A DNA stretch of 64,000 nucleotides from Myxococcota bacterium (GCA_965250285.1 OZ252299.1:1216001-1280000), one strand, 5' to 3'. Shown: positions 24,709 through 36,396, numbered from the stretch's first letter. Translations and numbers: made by a program. Notes: generated from the letters alone by a model not told the origin.

Positions 24709-26097
24709 ATGACCGAGTCGGCCTCCGCCCATCCCCGGGATCAGCTGAAGCGCGAACTCTCGCTCACCGACGCGACCATGTTGATCGTCGCGTCGGTGAT
24801 CGGCGGCGGCATCTTCTTCACGCCCGCCGAGGTCGCGACCCTGCTGCCGGCGCCGGGCTGGATCATGGCGGCGTGGGGCGCCGGCGCGCTCCTCTCTCTG
24901 GCGGGGGCCCTCGCGAACGCCGAGCTCGGCGCGATGTTCCCGCGCGCCGGGGGCGACTACGTCTATCTCTCCGAAGCGATGCATCCGATCGCCGGCTTCC
25001 TCGTCGGCTGGCTCAGCTTCATCGCGATCTACGCAGGCACGATCGCGGCCCTCGCGGCGATCCTCGCCGAGGGGATCACCGAGCGACTGGCTCTGAGCGC
25101 CGAGTGGATCGTGCCGCTCGCCATCGCGGTGACGCTCGCCGTCTCGGGCATCAACTACGCCGGCGTCCGCTGGGGGGCGCGCGCCAACAACGTGACGTCG
25201 TTCTTCAAGCTCATCGCGCTCGGGGCCTTCGTCGTGCTGGGGCCGATCCTCGGAGAGGGCGACGCCTCGCGCATCGTCACCGCGCCGACGGGCGCCCGCG
25301 ACGGAATCACCGCGGCCGCTTTCGGCCAGGCGCTCTCGCCGATCCTGTTCAGCTACCTCGGCTGGAACGCCTCGGTCTACGTGGCCAGCGAGATCAAGCA
25401 GCCGCAGCGCAACCTGCCGCGCTCCCTGTTCCTGGGGCTGGCGCTCTGCGGCGGACTCTATCTGGCGGTCAACGCCGTGTACCTGTTCGCGCTGCCGATG
25501 GCCGAGCTGCAGCGCTCGGCCGATACCGGCCATGCTGCCGCGCTGGCCCTGTTCGGCCCGGTGGGCGGCACGCTGGTCGCGGCGTTCGTCCTGATCTCGG
25601 TGCTCGGCACACTGAACGCGACGGTGCTGGTCGGGCCACGCATCGCATACGCGATGGCGCTCGACGGGCTCTTCCCGGGCGGCGTCGACCGCGTCACGCG
25701 CGCCTTTCGCACCCCGGGCGTCGCGATCGGCGTGCAGACCGTCGTGACGGTCGGGCTGCTGGTCCTGCTGCAGCGGTTTCCGGCGGCGCTCAGCTTCACC
25801 GTGTTCGCGATTCTGCTCGCGACGATGGCCGACGTGGTTGCGCTCTACCTGCTGCGCCTGCGCCGGCCCGAGCATCCGCGCCCCTATCGGGCCTGGGGCT
25901 ATCCCTGGGTTCCGGCCTTCTATCTTCTCGCGAACGGCGGGATCGCCGTGGCGATGCTCGTCGGTCAGCCGCGGGAGTGTCTGATCAGCGTGGCGCTGCT
26001 CGCGAGCGGGCTCCCCTTCTACTGGCTGTTCTCTCGGCTCTCGGGCGGCCCCGCAGCCGGCGATTCGGGGCCAGAACCGGGGGCCGGGACCGGCTAG
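24709..26097 (+). CDS. APC-family amino acid permease
   Basis: IGGGIF, AELGAMFPRAGGDYVYL, FSYLGW, RPYRAWGYP; multiple TM segments. Confidence 0.92.
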   Translation: MTESASAHPRDQLKRELSLTDATMLIVASVIGGGIFFTPAEVATLLPAPGWIMAAWGAGALLSLAGALANAELGAMFPRAGGDYVYLSEAMHPIAGFLVGWLSFIAIYAGTIAALAAILAEGITERLALSAEWIVPLAIAVTLAVSGINYAGVRWGARANNVTSFFKLIALGAFVVLGPILGEGDASRIVTAPTGARDGITAAAFGQALSPILFSYLGWNASVYVASEIKQPQRNLPRSLFLGLALCGGLYLAVNAVYLFALPMAELQRSADTGHAAALALFGPVGGTLVAAFVLISVLGTLNATVLVGPRIAYAMALDGLFPGGVDRVTRAFRTPGVAIGVQTVVTVGLLVLLQRFPAALSFTVFAILLATMADVVALYLLRLRRPEHPRPYRAWGYPWVPAFYLLANGGIAVAMLVGQPRECLISVALLASGLPFYWLFSRLSGGPAAGDSGPEPGAGTG

Positions 26098-26146
26098 AAC
26101 CCTGCAGATCCAGTACCTTCCGGGCCTGCCCGAGGATCCGGATCCC

Positions 26147-26320
26147 ATGATCACCCCCAGGCGAATCCACGGCTTCCCCCCTCGCGCGAGGCGGTCTGCG
26201 AACGGGCCCCTCTGCACGCGCGAGACGTGTGCCTGCGCCGCGGCGCCGACGACGCCCTCGTCGGCGGCACCGACGTGGGCCGCGACGCAGCAGCCGGCGA
26301 CGGCCGCGCGCGCGACCTAG
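26147..26320 (+). CDS. Possible Thr-rich leader peptide (57 aa)
   Basis: ATG with GAGGA upstream; 9 Thr; hairpin directly after the stop; precedes aminotransferase-hom-thrC. Confidence 0.3.
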   Translation: MITPRRIHGFPPRARRSANGPLCTRETCACAAAPTTPSSAAPTWAATQQPATAARAT

Positions 26321-26550
26321 CCCGTCGCAACGCCTCGAGCAGCAGTTCGAGGGACGCGGCGGGCGGCGCATCGCGCAAGCGGATCGGCGAGAGCGGTTCG
26401 GGAGACGAGGGGCCGGGCGGTCCCCGCAACAGGGAGCAGAGACCCGTCGCACAGGGCGCGTGAGATGCGCGAGCAGCGCGATCGTCATGCGAGCACCGAG
26501 ACGGGCCGGAGGGATCGCAGCGCGAAGCGATCCGTCAGAGGGATTGGATC

Positions 26551-27828
26551 ATGAAGGAAGACGAACGACACGAGGACTGGCGCGGGGACCCGGGCGCGAA
26601 GCCCGTCGCCGACGAGCGACCGAAGCCGCGCCACGACTTTCACAAGCTGAACCGGCTGCCCCCCTACATCCTGGCCGAGGTCACCGACCTGACGCGCGCC
26701 GGTCGCCGAGCGGGGGAAGACATCATCGATCTCGGTATGGGCAACCCCGACATGCCGACGCCCGACCACGTGGTCGAGAAGATCTGTGAGGCGGCACGCG
26801 ATCCGCGCAATCACCGCTACTCGTCGAGTCCAGGCATTCCGAACCTGCGCGCAGCGATCACCGAGTGGTACGCGCGCCGGCATCAGATCGAGCTCGATCC
26901 GAATCAAGAGGCCATCGCGGTGATCGGCGCGAAGGAGGGGCTCTCGCACTTCGTCCTGATGACGATCGGTCCCGGTGATGTGGTGCTCTGTCAGGATCCT
27001 GCCTATCCGATCCACCAGTACTCGGTGGCGATCGCAGGCGGTGATCTGCGCAAGGTGCCGCTCACCGACGACACCGATTTCATCGCGAATCTCGAGCAGG
27101 CCGTGGCCCGCACCTGGCCGAAGCCGAAGATGCTGATCCTGTCGTTTCCCGCGAACCCGACGACGACGATCGTCGACCGTGCGTTCTTCGAGCGCATCGT
27201 CGCGTTCGCGCGTGAGAACGACCTGATGGTGATCCATGACTTCGCCTACGCCGAGATCTGCTTCGACGGCTATCGCCCGCCGTCGATCCTCGAGGTGCCC
27301 GGGGCCCGCGACGTTGCGATCGAGTTCGGGTCGCTCTCGAAGAGTCACTCGATGGCGGGCTGGCGCGTCGGCTTCGCGGCGGGCAACCGGGACATGATCC
27401 ACGCGCTGCGCCGGATCAAGAGCTACCTCGACTACGGCATGCCCCAGGCGATTCAGATCGCCGCGATCACCGCGCTGCGGGGGCCACAGGACTGCGTCGA
27501 AGAGAACGTGCAGGAGTACAAGGAGCGCCGCGACGCGCTGATCGACGGGCTCGGCGCGCCGGGCGAGGGCAGCTGGAAGATCGAGAAGCCCCTGGCGACG
27601 ATGTTCGTGTGGGCCCGGCTCCCCGAGGCGTTCGAAGAGATGGGCAGCCTCGAGTTCTCGAAGCGCCTGCTCAAGGAGGCGAAGGTCGCCGTGTCGCCGG
27701 GCGTCGGCTTCGGTGACGCGGGCGAGGGCTACGTCCGCTTCGCTCTCGTCGAGAACAGGCACCGCATTCGTCAAGCCGTGCGCGGCATCCGTCGCTTCTT
27801 GCGCGAATACGGCGTGAGCGAGAATTGA
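26551..27828 (+). CDS. Class I/II PLP aminotransferase (AlaC / LL-DAP aminotransferase-like)
   Basis: [42 protein letters not shown]; precedes hom. Confidence 0.9.
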   Translation: MKEDERHEDWRGDPGAKPVADERPKPRHDFHKLNRLPPYILAEVTDLTRAGRRAGEDIIDLGMGNPDMPTPDHVVEKICEAARDPRNHRYSSSPGIPNLRAAITEWYARRHQIELDPNQEAIAVIGAKEGLSHFVLMTIGPGDVVLCQDPAYPIHQYSVAIAGGDLRKVPLTDDTDFIANLEQAVARTWPKPKMLILSFPANPTTTIVDRAFFERIVAFARENDLMVIHDFAYAEICFDGYRPPSILEVPGARDVAIEFGSLSKSHSMAGWRVGFAAGNRDMIHALRRIKSYLDYGMPQAIQIAAITALRGPQDCVEENVQEYKERRDALIDGLGAPGEGSWKIEKPLATMFVWARLPEAFEEMGSLEFSKRLLKEAKVAVSPGVGFGDAGEGYVRFALVENRHRIRQAVRGIRRFLREYGVSEN

Positions 27829-27913
27829 GCCGGCCGGCCGTGCCAGCGCGCAGACCGCGCCCAGAGCCGGCATCGAACGGACGAGCACGCAAACGAGAGG
27901 AAAGAGGCGAGTC

Positions 27914-29236
27914 ATGAAGAATCGAGTCGGCGTCGGCCTGATCGGCTTGGGCACCATCGGTACGGGCGTCGCGAAGGTGTTGCGCGGCAACGCGGACGTG
28001 ATCCAGCAGCGGCTGGGCTTTGCCCTCGACCTCGTGCGAATCGCCGATCTCGATCTCGACACCGATCGCGGCATCGACCTCGACGGCATCCGCTTCGACG
28101 ACGATGCTGCGGGGCTGGTCGCCGACGCAGAGGTCGACATCGTCATCGAGCTCGTCGGGGGCTACGGCGCGGCCAAGAAGTTCACGCTCGACGCGATCTC
28201 GCACGGCAAGCACGTCGTCACGGCGAACAAGGCGCTGCTGGCCCTGCACGGCAAGGAGATCTTCGACGCCGCCGACAAGCAGGGCGTCGGCGTGCTCTTC
28301 GAGGCGGCCGTCGGGGGCGGCATCCCGATTCTGCGCTCGCTGCGCGAGGGGCTCGCAGCGAACCACATCGAGAGCGTCCACGGCATCCTGAACGGCACGA
28401 CCAACTACGTGCTGACCGAGATGGAAACGACGGGCGAGGATTTCGAGGTCGTGCTCAAGCGCGCGCAAGATCTCGGCTATGCCGAGGCCGACCCGACGTT
28501 CGATGTCGATGGCATCGACGCGGCGCACAAGCTCGCGATCCTGGTCGGCATGGCGTTCGGCGCCGAGGTGACGCACGAGGACATTCCCACCGAGGGCATT
28601 CGCGGCCTGTTGCCCGTCGACTTCGAGCAGGCCGCCGAGTTCGGCTATCGCATCAAGCTGCTCGGGATCGCGAAGGCGAGCGCGGGGCCCGGGGGTGACG
28701 CGCGGATCGAGGCGCGGGTGCATCCGACCATGGTGCCGAAGGCGAGCATGCTCGCCGGCGTCGACGCCGCGATGAACGCGGTCGAGGTGCACGGCGACGC
28801 GGTCGGGCCGACGCTCTACTACGGCGCGGGTGCGGGCGAGATGCCCACCGCGAGCGCGGTGGTCGCCGACTTGATGGAGATCGCGCGCGAGATCCAGCGC
28901 GGCAGCAACCGTCCGGTGGCGCCGCTGTCGTATCGCCCCGATCACCTCGCGCGAAAGCCGAGCGTGCCCCTCGATGAGATCGAGGGCCGCTACTACCTGC
29001 GATTCGAGTGCGTCGACCGGCCGGGCGTGCTGTCGCACATCACGGGCGAGCTCGGCGAGCACGGCGTGGGGATCGCCTCGGCGGTGCAGCACGGCAGCGG
29101 GGGCGGCCCGGTGCCGCTGATTCTGCTGACGCATCCGGCGGGCGAGGGCGCGCTGCGCGCGGCCGTCACGGCCATCGACGGGCTCGACGACGTGACCGCC
29201 CCCACGCGTGTGATCCGCATCGAAGAAGGGCTCTGA
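27914..29236 (+). CDS. hom: Homoserine dehydrogenase with C-terminal ACT domain
   Basis: [46 protein letters not shown]. Confidence 0.97.
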   Translation: MKNRVGVGLIGLGTIGTGVAKVLRGNADVIQQRLGFALDLVRIADLDLDTDRGIDLDGIRFDDDAAGLVADAEVDIVIELVGGYGAAKKFTLDAISHGKHVVTANKALLALHGKEIFDAADKQGVGVLFEAAVGGGIPILRSLREGLAANHIESVHGILNGTTNYVLTEMETTGEDFEVVLKRAQDLGYAEADPTFDVDGIDAAHKLAILVGMAFGAEVTHEDIPTEGIRGLLPVDFEQAAEFGYRIKLLGIAKASAGPGGDARIEARVHPTMVPKASMLAGVDAAMNAVEVHGDAVGPTLYYGAGAGEMPTASAVVADLMEIAREIQRGSNRPVAPLSYRPDHLARKPSVPLDEIEGRYYLRFECVDRPGVLSHITGELGEHGVGIASAVQHGSGGGPVPLILLTHPAGEGALRAAVTAIDGLDDVTAPTRVIRIEEGL

Positions 29237-29237
29237 G

Positions 29238-30587
29238 ATGAGCGAGAAGCCGCGGTACGCCGCCTGGTTCGAGAGCCTCGCCGATCCGAGCGAGCGCTAC
29301 GGCCTCGACGAGGTCGTCTATACCGATCGTGAAGGCGGACTGTTGCAGGTCGTCCACGACGTCGACGAGTTGAAGAAGACGTCGGCGGACGAGTGGCGGG
29401 CTCGCTTCGAGTCGCGTGCCCGCGGCGGGGAATGGCCGTATGGGTCGGGTGTCTGGGGCTTCAAGGAGATGGTCCTGCCCGAGATCGACGCCGACAACGT
29501 CGTGTCGATGTACGAAGGGCACTCGAATCTCTTCTGGGCCGAGCGCTACGGCAAGCAGATCGGCATCGAGGATCTGTGGATCAAGCTCTGCGGCAACTCG
29601 CATACGGGCTCGTTCAAGGATCTCGGCATGACGGTGCTCGTCAGCCAGGTGAAGGAGATGATCTCGAAGGGCGTCGGGATCCCGGCCGTGGGCTGCGCAT
29701 CGACCGGCGATACGAGCGCCGCGCTCTCGGCGTACGCCGCGGCCGCCGGTATTCCGGCCGTCGTGTTCCTGCCGCGCGGCAAGATCTCGCTGGCTCAGCT
29801 GATCCAGCCCGTCGCGAACGGCGCCATCGTCTTCGCCCTCGATACCGACTTCGATGGCTGCATGGAGATCGTCAAGCAGATCTCGGCGAAGGACGGCGTC
29901 TATCTCGCGAACTCGATGAACAGCCTGCGCATCGAAGGCCAGAAGACGGTGTCGATGGAGATCTGCGCGCAGTTCGACTGGGAGGTGCCCGACTGGATCG
30001 TGATCCCGGGTGGCAATCTCGGCAACGTGTCCGCCCTCGCGAAGGGGCTCGACCTCATGCTCGAGGTCGGGCTCATCGACAAGCGGCCGCGCATCTGCGT
30101 CGGCCAGGCTCAGGCGGCGAACCCGCTCTACCTCTCGTACCTGAAGGATTTCGAGGTGTTCGAGCCCATCGCGGCGCGGCCGACGGTGGCCTCGGCGATC
30201 CAGATCGGCAACCCGGTCTCGCGAGACAAGGCGATTTCGGCGTTGAAGCGCTACGACGGCGTCGTCGAGGAGGCGACCGAGGCCGAGATCATGGAGGCCT
30301 GTGCTGCGGCCGACCGGACCGGGCTCTTCAACTGTCCGCACACGGGCGTGGCGCTCGTCGCACTGAACAAGCTCAAGCAGCGCGGCCTCATACGGTCGAG
30401 CGACCGCGTCGTCGTGGTCTCGACGGCGCACGGTCTGAAGTTCACCGAGTTCAAGCTCCGCTATCACCAGATGGAGACCGAAGGGGTCGTGCCCGAGCTG
30501 CCCAACCCGCCGATCGAGCTCGATGCTCGATACGACACGGTGCGCGACCGGCTGCTCGCCGAGATCGACACCCGCTTCGGCGCCTGA
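29238..30587 (+). CDS. thrC: Threonine synthase
   Basis: [48 protein letters not shown]. Confidence 0.96.
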   Translation: MSEKPRYAAWFESLADPSERYGLDEVVYTDREGGLLQVVHDVDELKKTSADEWRARFESRARGGEWPYGSGVWGFKEMVLPEIDADNVVSMYEGHSNLFWAERYGKQIGIEDLWIKLCGNSHTGSFKDLGMTVLVSQVKEMISKGVGIPAVGCASTGDTSAALSAYAAAAGIPAVVFLPRGKISLAQLIQPVANGAIVFALDTDFDGCMEIVKQISAKDGVYLANSMNSLRIEGQKTVSMEICAQFDWEVPDWIVIPGGNLGNVSALAKGLDLMLEVGLIDKRPRICVGQAQAANPLYLSYLKDFEVFEPIAARPTVASAIQIGNPVSRDKAISALKRYDGVVEEATEAEIMEACAAADRTGLFNCPHTGVALVALNKLKQRGLIRSSDRVVVVSTAHGLKFTEFKLRYHQMETEGVVPELPNPPIELDARYDTVRDRLLAEIDTRFGA

Positions 30588-30644
30588 GCCCGCGCGGAGG
30601 CCGAGAGCCTCCAAGCGAAGCGACATCGCCCGCCGGGCAACACT

Positions 30645-33554
30645 GTGAAGGGAACAAGCTTGCATCGAATCGGGGTGGCGACGCTCGTCTGCGCGGTCGC
30701 ATGGATGGGGCTCGGCCTGGGTACGGCTGCCCGGGCTCAGTCGAATGGTTGGCAGAAGACGATCGACCGGGTGACGCCGGCGGTCGTAGCGCTTCGTGTG
30801 AATTCACCCCGCGCCTTCGACGGCGGCACGACCGGCTACTCGGTCGCGACCGGCTTCGTCGTCGACGCCGAACGAGGCTTGATCCTCACCAATCGGCACG
30901 TCGTGACACCGGGCCCCGTGGTGGCGGAAGCGGTCTTCCTCGACAACGAGGAGGTCGACGTGCGTGCGGTCTACCGCGATCCCGTGCACGACTTCGGCTT
31001 CTTTCGCTTCGACCCGGCCGACGTTCAGTTCATGGAGCTCGAAGAGCTCGAGCTCGATCCGGCCGGTGCTCAGGTCGGCACCGAGATCCGCGTGATCGGC
31101 AACGACGCGGGCGAGAAGCTCTCGATTCTGGCCGGCACCATCGCACGCCTCGACCGCTCGGCGCCGCGCTACGGCTCGAACACCTACAACGACTTCAACA
31201 CGTTCTATATCCAGGCCGCCTCCGGCACGTCGGGCGGGTCGTCGGGCTCGCCGGTCGTCGACATCGCGGGCCGCGCCGTCGCGATCAACGCCGGCGGCAA
31301 GCGCATGGCGGCTTCGAGCTTCTATCTGCCGCTCGACCGGGTGGCGCGGGCGCTCGCTCTGATCCAAGAGGGTGAGCCGGTGACACGGGGCACGCTGCAG
31401 ACCGTGTTTCGCTATCTGCCCTACGACGAGATTCGGCGGCTCAAGCTGCGCGTCGAGACGGAAGGCGCCGTACGACGCGCGTTCCCGGACGGCCAGGGCA
31501 TGATCGTGGTGGCCGAGATCGTCCCGGGCGGGCCGGCCGACGGGGTGCTCGCGCCCGGCGACGTGGTCGTGAAGATCGACGGCCAGATGGTCAACGCGTT
31601 CATTCCGATCGAAGCCGTGCTCGACGAGCGTGTGGGCGAGCAGGTCGAGCTCGAGATCGAGCGGGCCGGCGTGCCGATGACGGTGCAGCTCGACGTCGAC
31701 GACCTGCACGCGATCACGCCCGACGAGTACCTCGAGACCGGTGGCTCGGTCCTGAACAAGCTCTCCTATCAGCAGGCGCGCAATCAGTCGGTGCCCGTCG
31801 GCGGCGTTCAGGTCGCGAGCGACGGCTACTGGCTCTCGCGCGCCGGCGTGCCGCGCGGCTCAGTCATCGTCGAACTCGACGGGACGCCGACACCGACGCT
31901 CGACGCCTTCGAAGAGGCGCTCGTCGCGCTGCCCGATCGTGCGCGGGTGCCGCTTCGCTTCTGGATGCCCGGGCAATCGCGCTCGCCGCTGGTGCGCGTC
32001 GCCCAGGTCGATCGCCGCTGGTTCACGACCCAGCGCTGCCGATGGGATGGGGCGACGGGGGACTGGCCGTGCGCGCTGTCGCCGGCATCGCCGCCTGCCG
32101 AGGCGCCCGAGCCGGCGACCACCGACTTCGTGGTCCAGGGCGACAAGGCCCAGCGAGAGGTGACGCCTTCGTTCGTGCTCGTCGACTTCGACATCCCTTA
32201 CCGCATCGACGGTGTGCACGGCGATCGCTTCCGCGGCGCGGGCCTCGTGATCGACGCGGCCGAGGGGCTCGTCGTGGTCGACCGCGAGACGGTGCCGGTG
32301 GCGCTCGGCGATCTCTCGCTCACGTTCGCGAGCTCGATTCAGATCCCCGGCGAGGTGGTCTATCTGCACCCCGAGCACAACATCGCGATCATTCGCTACG
32401 ACCCGGCGCTTCTCGGCGACACGCCGGTCGAGAGCGCCGAGCTGCGCGACGCAAGACTCGATCCCGGCGACGACGTGTACCTCGTCGGCATGACCTCGAG
32501 CGAACGCGTCGTGACGCGTTCGACCCGCATCGCGCGGAAGGAGCCGCTGCAGATGCCCGTTCCGTATCCGCCGCGGTTTCGAGAGTCGAACCTCGAGGTC
32601 GTGACCCTCGACGACTCTGCGTCGACGGTGGGCGGTGTCCTGACCGACAAGAAGGGGCGGGTGCACGCGCTGTGGGCGTCGTACACGGCCGGGTCGGGGC
32701 AGGGCGCCGAAGCGTTCTTTGCGGGCATTCCGATCCAGTCAGTCAGCGATCTCCTCGGCCCGCTCGAAGCTGGTGAGCCGGTCGGTTGGCGGACCCTCGG
32801 CGCCGAGCTTCGGCCGATCACGCTCGCGAACGCGCGGGATCGTGGTCTGCCCGAGGCCGAGGCGCGCCTGCTCGAGGAGCACGACGAGAACGCGCGCACC
32901 GTGCTCTCCGTGCTCCGACTCGCTGCGGGGTATCCCGCGTCAGACGTCCTGCGCGCCGGCGACCTGCTGCTCGCCATCGACGGCGAGCCGGTGACGGCGT
33001 TCCGCGAGGTCGAACGCGCCTCGCAGCGCGAGCGCGTCGCGATTCGGGTCTTGCGCGATGGAGAGATCCTCGACCTCGACGTACCGACCGAGGCGGTGTC
33101 GGGTTCGGGTACGACCGAGGCGGCGTTGTGGGCCGGGACGCTGTTGCAGGCGCCGCCTCGGGCGCTCGCCACGCAACGCGGCCTGCCGCAGGAGGGTGTC
33201 TACGTCTCGCGCTTCTGGTTCGGCTCACCGGCGAACCGCTACGGGCTGCAGGCCACGCGTCGCATCGTCGAGGTCGATGGCCAGCCGACGCCCGATCTCG
33301 AGACGTTCCTCGAGGTCGTCGCCGGTCGACCCGATCGCAGCGGCGTGCTGCTGCGCACCATCGACCTCGACGGCAAGGTCGACGCCATCACGCTTCGACT
33401 CGATCTCGAGTACTGGCCGACGTGGGTGCTGCGGCGCGGCGACGATGGCTGGACGCGGACCTCGGCCGACGCGACGACGCCCGGCGCCGCGGTCGAGGGG
33501 CTGGCGCGGCCAGCCGGTGAGGCTGCAGCCGAAGCAGCGGCGGGCGGGGGTTGA
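30645..33554 (+). CDS. Secreted Nma111/DEG7-like HtrA serine protease (active plus degenerate protease domain, multiple PDZ)
   Basis: Signal peptide; [22 protein letters not shown] catalytic triad; second protease-like domain lacks the triad; PDZ-like segments. Confidence 0.88.
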   Translation: MKGTSLHRIGVATLVCAVAWMGLGLGTAARAQSNGWQKTIDRVTPAVVALRVNSPRAFDGGTTGYSVATGFVVDAERGLILTNRHVVTPGPVVAEAVFLDNEEVDVRAVYRDPVHDFGFFRFDPADVQFMELEELELDPAGAQVGTEIRVIGNDAGEKLSILAGTIARLDRSAPRYGSNTYNDFNTFYIQAASGTSGGSSGSPVVDIAGRAVAINAGGKRMAASSFYLPLDRVARALALIQEGEPVTRGTLQTVFRYLPYDEIRRLKLRVETEGAVRRAFPDGQGMIVVAEIVPGGPADGVLAPGDVVVKIDGQMVNAFIPIEAVLDERVGEQVELEIERAGVPMTVQLDVDDLHAITPDEYLETGGSVLNKLSYQQARNQSVPVGGVQVASDGYWLSRAGVPRGSVIVELDGTPTPTLDAFEEALVALPDRARVPLRFWMPGQSRSPLVRVAQVDRRWFTTQRCRWDGATGDWPCALSPASPPAEAPEPATTDFVVQGDKAQREVTPSFVLVDFDIPYRIDGVHGDRFRGAGLVIDAAEGLVVVDRETVPVALGDLSLTFASSIQIPGEVVYLHPEHNIAIIRYDPALLGDTPVESAELRDARLDPGDDVYLVGMTSSERVVTRSTRIARKEPLQMPVPYPPRFRESNLEVVTLDDSASTVGGVLTDKKGRVHALWASYTAGSGQGAEAFFAGIPIQSVSDLLGPLEAGEPVGWRTLGAELRPITLANARDRGLPEAEARLLEEHDENARTVLSVLRLAAGYPASDVLRAGDLLLAIDGEPVTAFREVERASQRERVAIRVLRDGEILDLDVPTEAVSGSGTTEAALWAGTLLQAPPRALATQRGLPQEGVYVSRFWFGSPANRYGLQATRRIVEVDGQPTPDLETFLEVVAGRPDRSGVLLRTIDLDGKVDAITLRLDLEYWPTWVLRRGDDGWTRTSADATTPGAAVEGLARPAGEAAAEAAAGGG

Positions 33555-33556
33555 AC

Positions 33557-34228
33557 ATGGCGCTCTCGTGGGCGCAGGTGGCGCGCGTCGGCTCGGGCTC
33601 CCGGGTTGCGCGCACCCTGGGTCCGCGCCCGGCGAAGCCGCTCGAGCTCTACGAGTTCGAGACCTGTCCGTTCTGCCGCAAGGTGCGCGAGGCCATCCAG
33701 ATCCTCGACCTCGAGGTCACGGTGCGACCCTGCCCGAAGCGCGGCGCCCGGTATCGACCCGCGGCCCGCGAGATCGGCGGACGTGCGCAGTACCCGCTCC
33801 TCATCGACCCGAACTTCGACCTGGTGCTCTATGAGTCGGACGACATCGTTCGGCACCTCTTCGAGCGCTACGGCCGCACGCGCGCGCCGTGGCCGCTCGG
33901 GGGCGGCGCGGTCGGGACCGCATTGTCCGTGCTTGCGGGGCTCGTGCATCCGAGCGACGGCACGTTCGCCGTGGCGAGCACGCTCCCAGCGGTTCCGCTC
34001 GAGCTCTGGGCCGACGAGGGGTCGGACGCGGCTCGCCGCGTGCGCGCGCGGCTCTGCGCGCTCGAGCTGCCGTATCGGCTGACGCCGATGGCGACGGGAG
34101 GGGCAGGGGAGGCGATGCTCGCCCAGCGCGGTCTCGCGTCACCGACGCTGCACGATCCGAACGCGAGCGTCTGGCTCGAAGGGGCCGACGCGATCCTCGC
34201 CCAGCTGGAGCGCTACTGCTTGCACTAG
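33557..34228 (+). CDS. Glutathione S-transferase N-terminal/glutaredoxin-like protein with two thioredoxin-fold modules
   Basis: LELYEFETCPFCRKVRE, LYESDDIV; second module LELWADEGS..RRVR lacks CxxC. Confidence 0.8.
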   Translation: MALSWAQVARVGSGSRVARTLGPRPAKPLELYEFETCPFCRKVREAIQILDLEVTVRPCPKRGARYRPAAREIGGRAQYPLLIDPNFDLVLYESDDIVRHLFERYGRTRAPWPLGGGAVGTALSVLAGLVHPSDGTFAVASTLPAVPLELWADEGSDAARRVRARLCALELPYRLTPMATGGAGEAMLAQRGLASPTLHDPNASVWLEGADAILAQLERYCLH

Positions 34229-34265
34229 AGGTGGCTCGCTCGGCGGCGATGCGGCGACCCGGGAA

Positions 34266-35618
34266 TCAGGCGAGACGGTCGATCAAGAGCGTCGCGATGC
34301 TCAAGAAGATGAGGAAGCCGAGCGCGTCGGTGCCGAAGGTGACGATCACGCCCGACCCGAGCGCGGGGTCTTGCCGCAGTGCCTTCAGAGCGAGCGGCAC
34401 GGCGGCGCCGAGCAGTCCGGCGATCGTCAGCGTGGCCATCATCGCGAAGAGCAGCACCAGCCCCATCCAAGGGTTGCCCTCCCACGCATACGCGATGCCT
34501 CCGGTCGCAATGCCCGCGACCGTACCGATCACGAGGCCGACGCCCATCTCCTTGCCGATGGCGCGGATGCCGCTCGAGAATTCGATCTCACCGAGCGCGA
34601 TCGAGCGCGTGATCACCGTGAGCGTCTGGATGCCGCCGTTGCCACCCATGCCGCCGACGATCGGCAGGAATGCGGCGAGGACGACGAAGCGCTCGATCGT
34701 GTCCTGAAAGAGGTAGACGACGAGGCCGGCGGTGAAGGTCGTGACGAGATTGAGCGCGACCCACGGCAGACGCTTGCGAATCGAGAGCCGCGCCGAGCTG
34801 AAGACGCGATCCTCGTCGGAGAGGCCGGCGAGGTGGTACATGTCCTCGGTCGCCTCCTCGGTGATGACGTCGATCACGTCGTCGACGGTGATGACCCCGA
34901 GCATGGTGCCATCGATGTCCGTCACCGGGATCGCGAGCAGGTCATAGCGCGCCACCAGCTGCGCCACCTCCTCCTGGTCGGCGTCGGGGGGCGTCGAGAC
35001 TGGCTGGGCGATCATGAGGTCGGAGCAGGGCGTATCGGGCGGTGCCGCGACGAGGCGCCGGATCGGGACGACGCCCTTCAGGTGTCGCAGCTCATCGACC
35101 ACGTAGAGGTAGAGGATCTGATCGCTCGAGTCGCCGGCCGCTCGAATCGAGTCGATCGCCTCTTGCGCCGTCATCTTCTCGTCGAGCGCGACGAAGTTCG
35201 TCGTCATCACGCGTCCGGCGCTTTGCGCCGGGTAGAGCTCGGCGTGCCTCAGCTCGGCGCGCTTCGCCGCGGGCAGCAGCTGACGAATCGACTCGCTGCG
35301 CTCTTCGGGGATCGCGTCGACGAGCTCGAGCATGTCGTCGACCTCCATGCGCGCGAGCACCTCGGCGAGACGCTGGTCCGACAGCGCGTCGAAGATCTGC
35401 GGCATGAGATCATGTGGAAGCTCGCGCAGCATGGTCGCGGCGCGGCGTTGTTTGAAGAGCAGGTCGACCACCAGTCGAATCTCGCTCGGCGAGAGATCGG
35501 CGAGGAGTGGACCGAGATCGGCTGGATGCACGCGCTCGAGCAGACGCTCGGCGCGCACGAGTACACCGCTTGCGAGAAGTCGCCGCAGAACCCGCGCTGT
35601 GGGGATCGTGGAGGGCAT
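34266..35618 (-). CDS. mgtE: Magnesium transporter MgtE
   Basis: SAGRVMTT, CBS pair (YLYVVD, LGVITVDDVID), RKRLPW, GMGGNGGIQT, TM domain. Confidence 0.95.
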   Translation of the reverse strand: MPSTIPTARVLRRLLASGVLVRAERLLERVHPADLGPLLADLSPSEIRLVVDLLFKQRRAATMLRELPHDLMPQIFDALSDQRLAEVLARMEVDDMLELVDAIPEERSESIRQLLPAAKRAELRHAELYPAQSAGRVMTTNFVALDEKMTAQEAIDSIRAAGDSSDQILYLYVVDELRHLKGVVPIRRLVAAPPDTPCSDLMIAQPVSTPPDADQEEVAQLVARYDLLAIPVTDIDGTMLGVITVDDVIDVITEEATEDMYHLAGLSDEDRVFSSARLSIRKRLPWVALNLVTTFTAGLVVYLFQDTIERFVVLAAFLPIVGGMGGNGGIQTLTVITRSIALGEIEFSSGIRAIGKEMGVGLVIGTVAGIATGGIAYAWEGNPWMGLVLLFAMMATLTIAGLLGAAVPLALKALRQDPALGSGVIVTFGTDALGFLIFLSIATLLIDRLA

Positions 35619-35844
35619 CGCGCGCTCCCGGGTGTCGTGCATCTTGTCGCAGAAGGATCGGGTCTGGGGGTACCGACACACGCTCGATGCGTCTCGGGCG
35701 ACCGCCGGCGACCCTTTCGGTACATCAGTTGGCCGCGTTGCACTACCCCGGGGCGAGCGGGGCCACATCGAGTTGCGTCGAGCACAACATCGAGCGATTT
35801 CGGTCGGCTCGCGTCGGTGAGACGTCGCCGAGTGTGCGCCCGAT

Positions 35845-35864
35845 CACTCGCCCCGGGGCGAGTG
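35845..35864. repeat. Perfect 20-bp palindrome CACTCGCCCCGGGGCGAGTG
   Basis: Self-complementary; degenerate copy at about 35741-35759. Confidence 0.8.
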
Positions 35865-36162
35865 GGTGACATGCATCCGCCACCGAAATCACTGCACCGG
35901 AATCTCAGCGACATAGAAATGTCGAGCTGAGGGGGGTTCCCCAGTTGCGTCGAACGAAGCGACGGGAGATGATTGCCGAAACCCCGAGGGGTTTCGCCGT
36001 GATGTGTCGGCCCGGCCCGATGCAGACGTCGTGGGGGAGCGTCGGCCCGGCCGCCCGCTTCGCGCGACGGCGCGGTACGACCTCCCGCGGCACGCGAACT
36101 CGATGGACGCACGTCGGTGCGGATCGAGGTCGGCCGCGTGGTCAGAAGCGGAGAGCGTGGTC

Positions 36163-36396
36163 ATGAAGCAGCTGGTCGAGGACATCGTCAAAGCGCTGGT
36201 CGACCAACCCGGCGAGGTCCAGATCAAGGAGGTCGTCGGTGAGCATGCTCACGTGCTCGAGCTTCGGGTCGCCAAGGAAGATCTCGGCAAGGTGATCGGA
36301 AGGGGCGGCGCCCACGCGTCGGCCATTCGAACCTTGATGGCAGCCGCCAGCGGCAAAGAGAAGAAGCGCTACATCCTCGAGATCATCGAGCACTGA
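36163..36396 (+). CDS. khpA: KH-domain RNA-binding protein (KhpA family)
   Basis: MKQLVEDIVKALVDQP, ELRVAKEDLGKVIGRGG, AIRTL. Confidence 0.9.
   Translation: MKQLVEDIVKALVDQPGEVQIKEVVGEHAHVLELRVAKEDLGKVIGRGGAHASAIRTLMAAASGKEKKRYILEIIEH

Noticed and set aside
35619..36000. M-box (ykoK) riboswitch upstream of mgtE
   Set aside because: I could not match the M-box consensus by eye; reported only as an unexplained structured region
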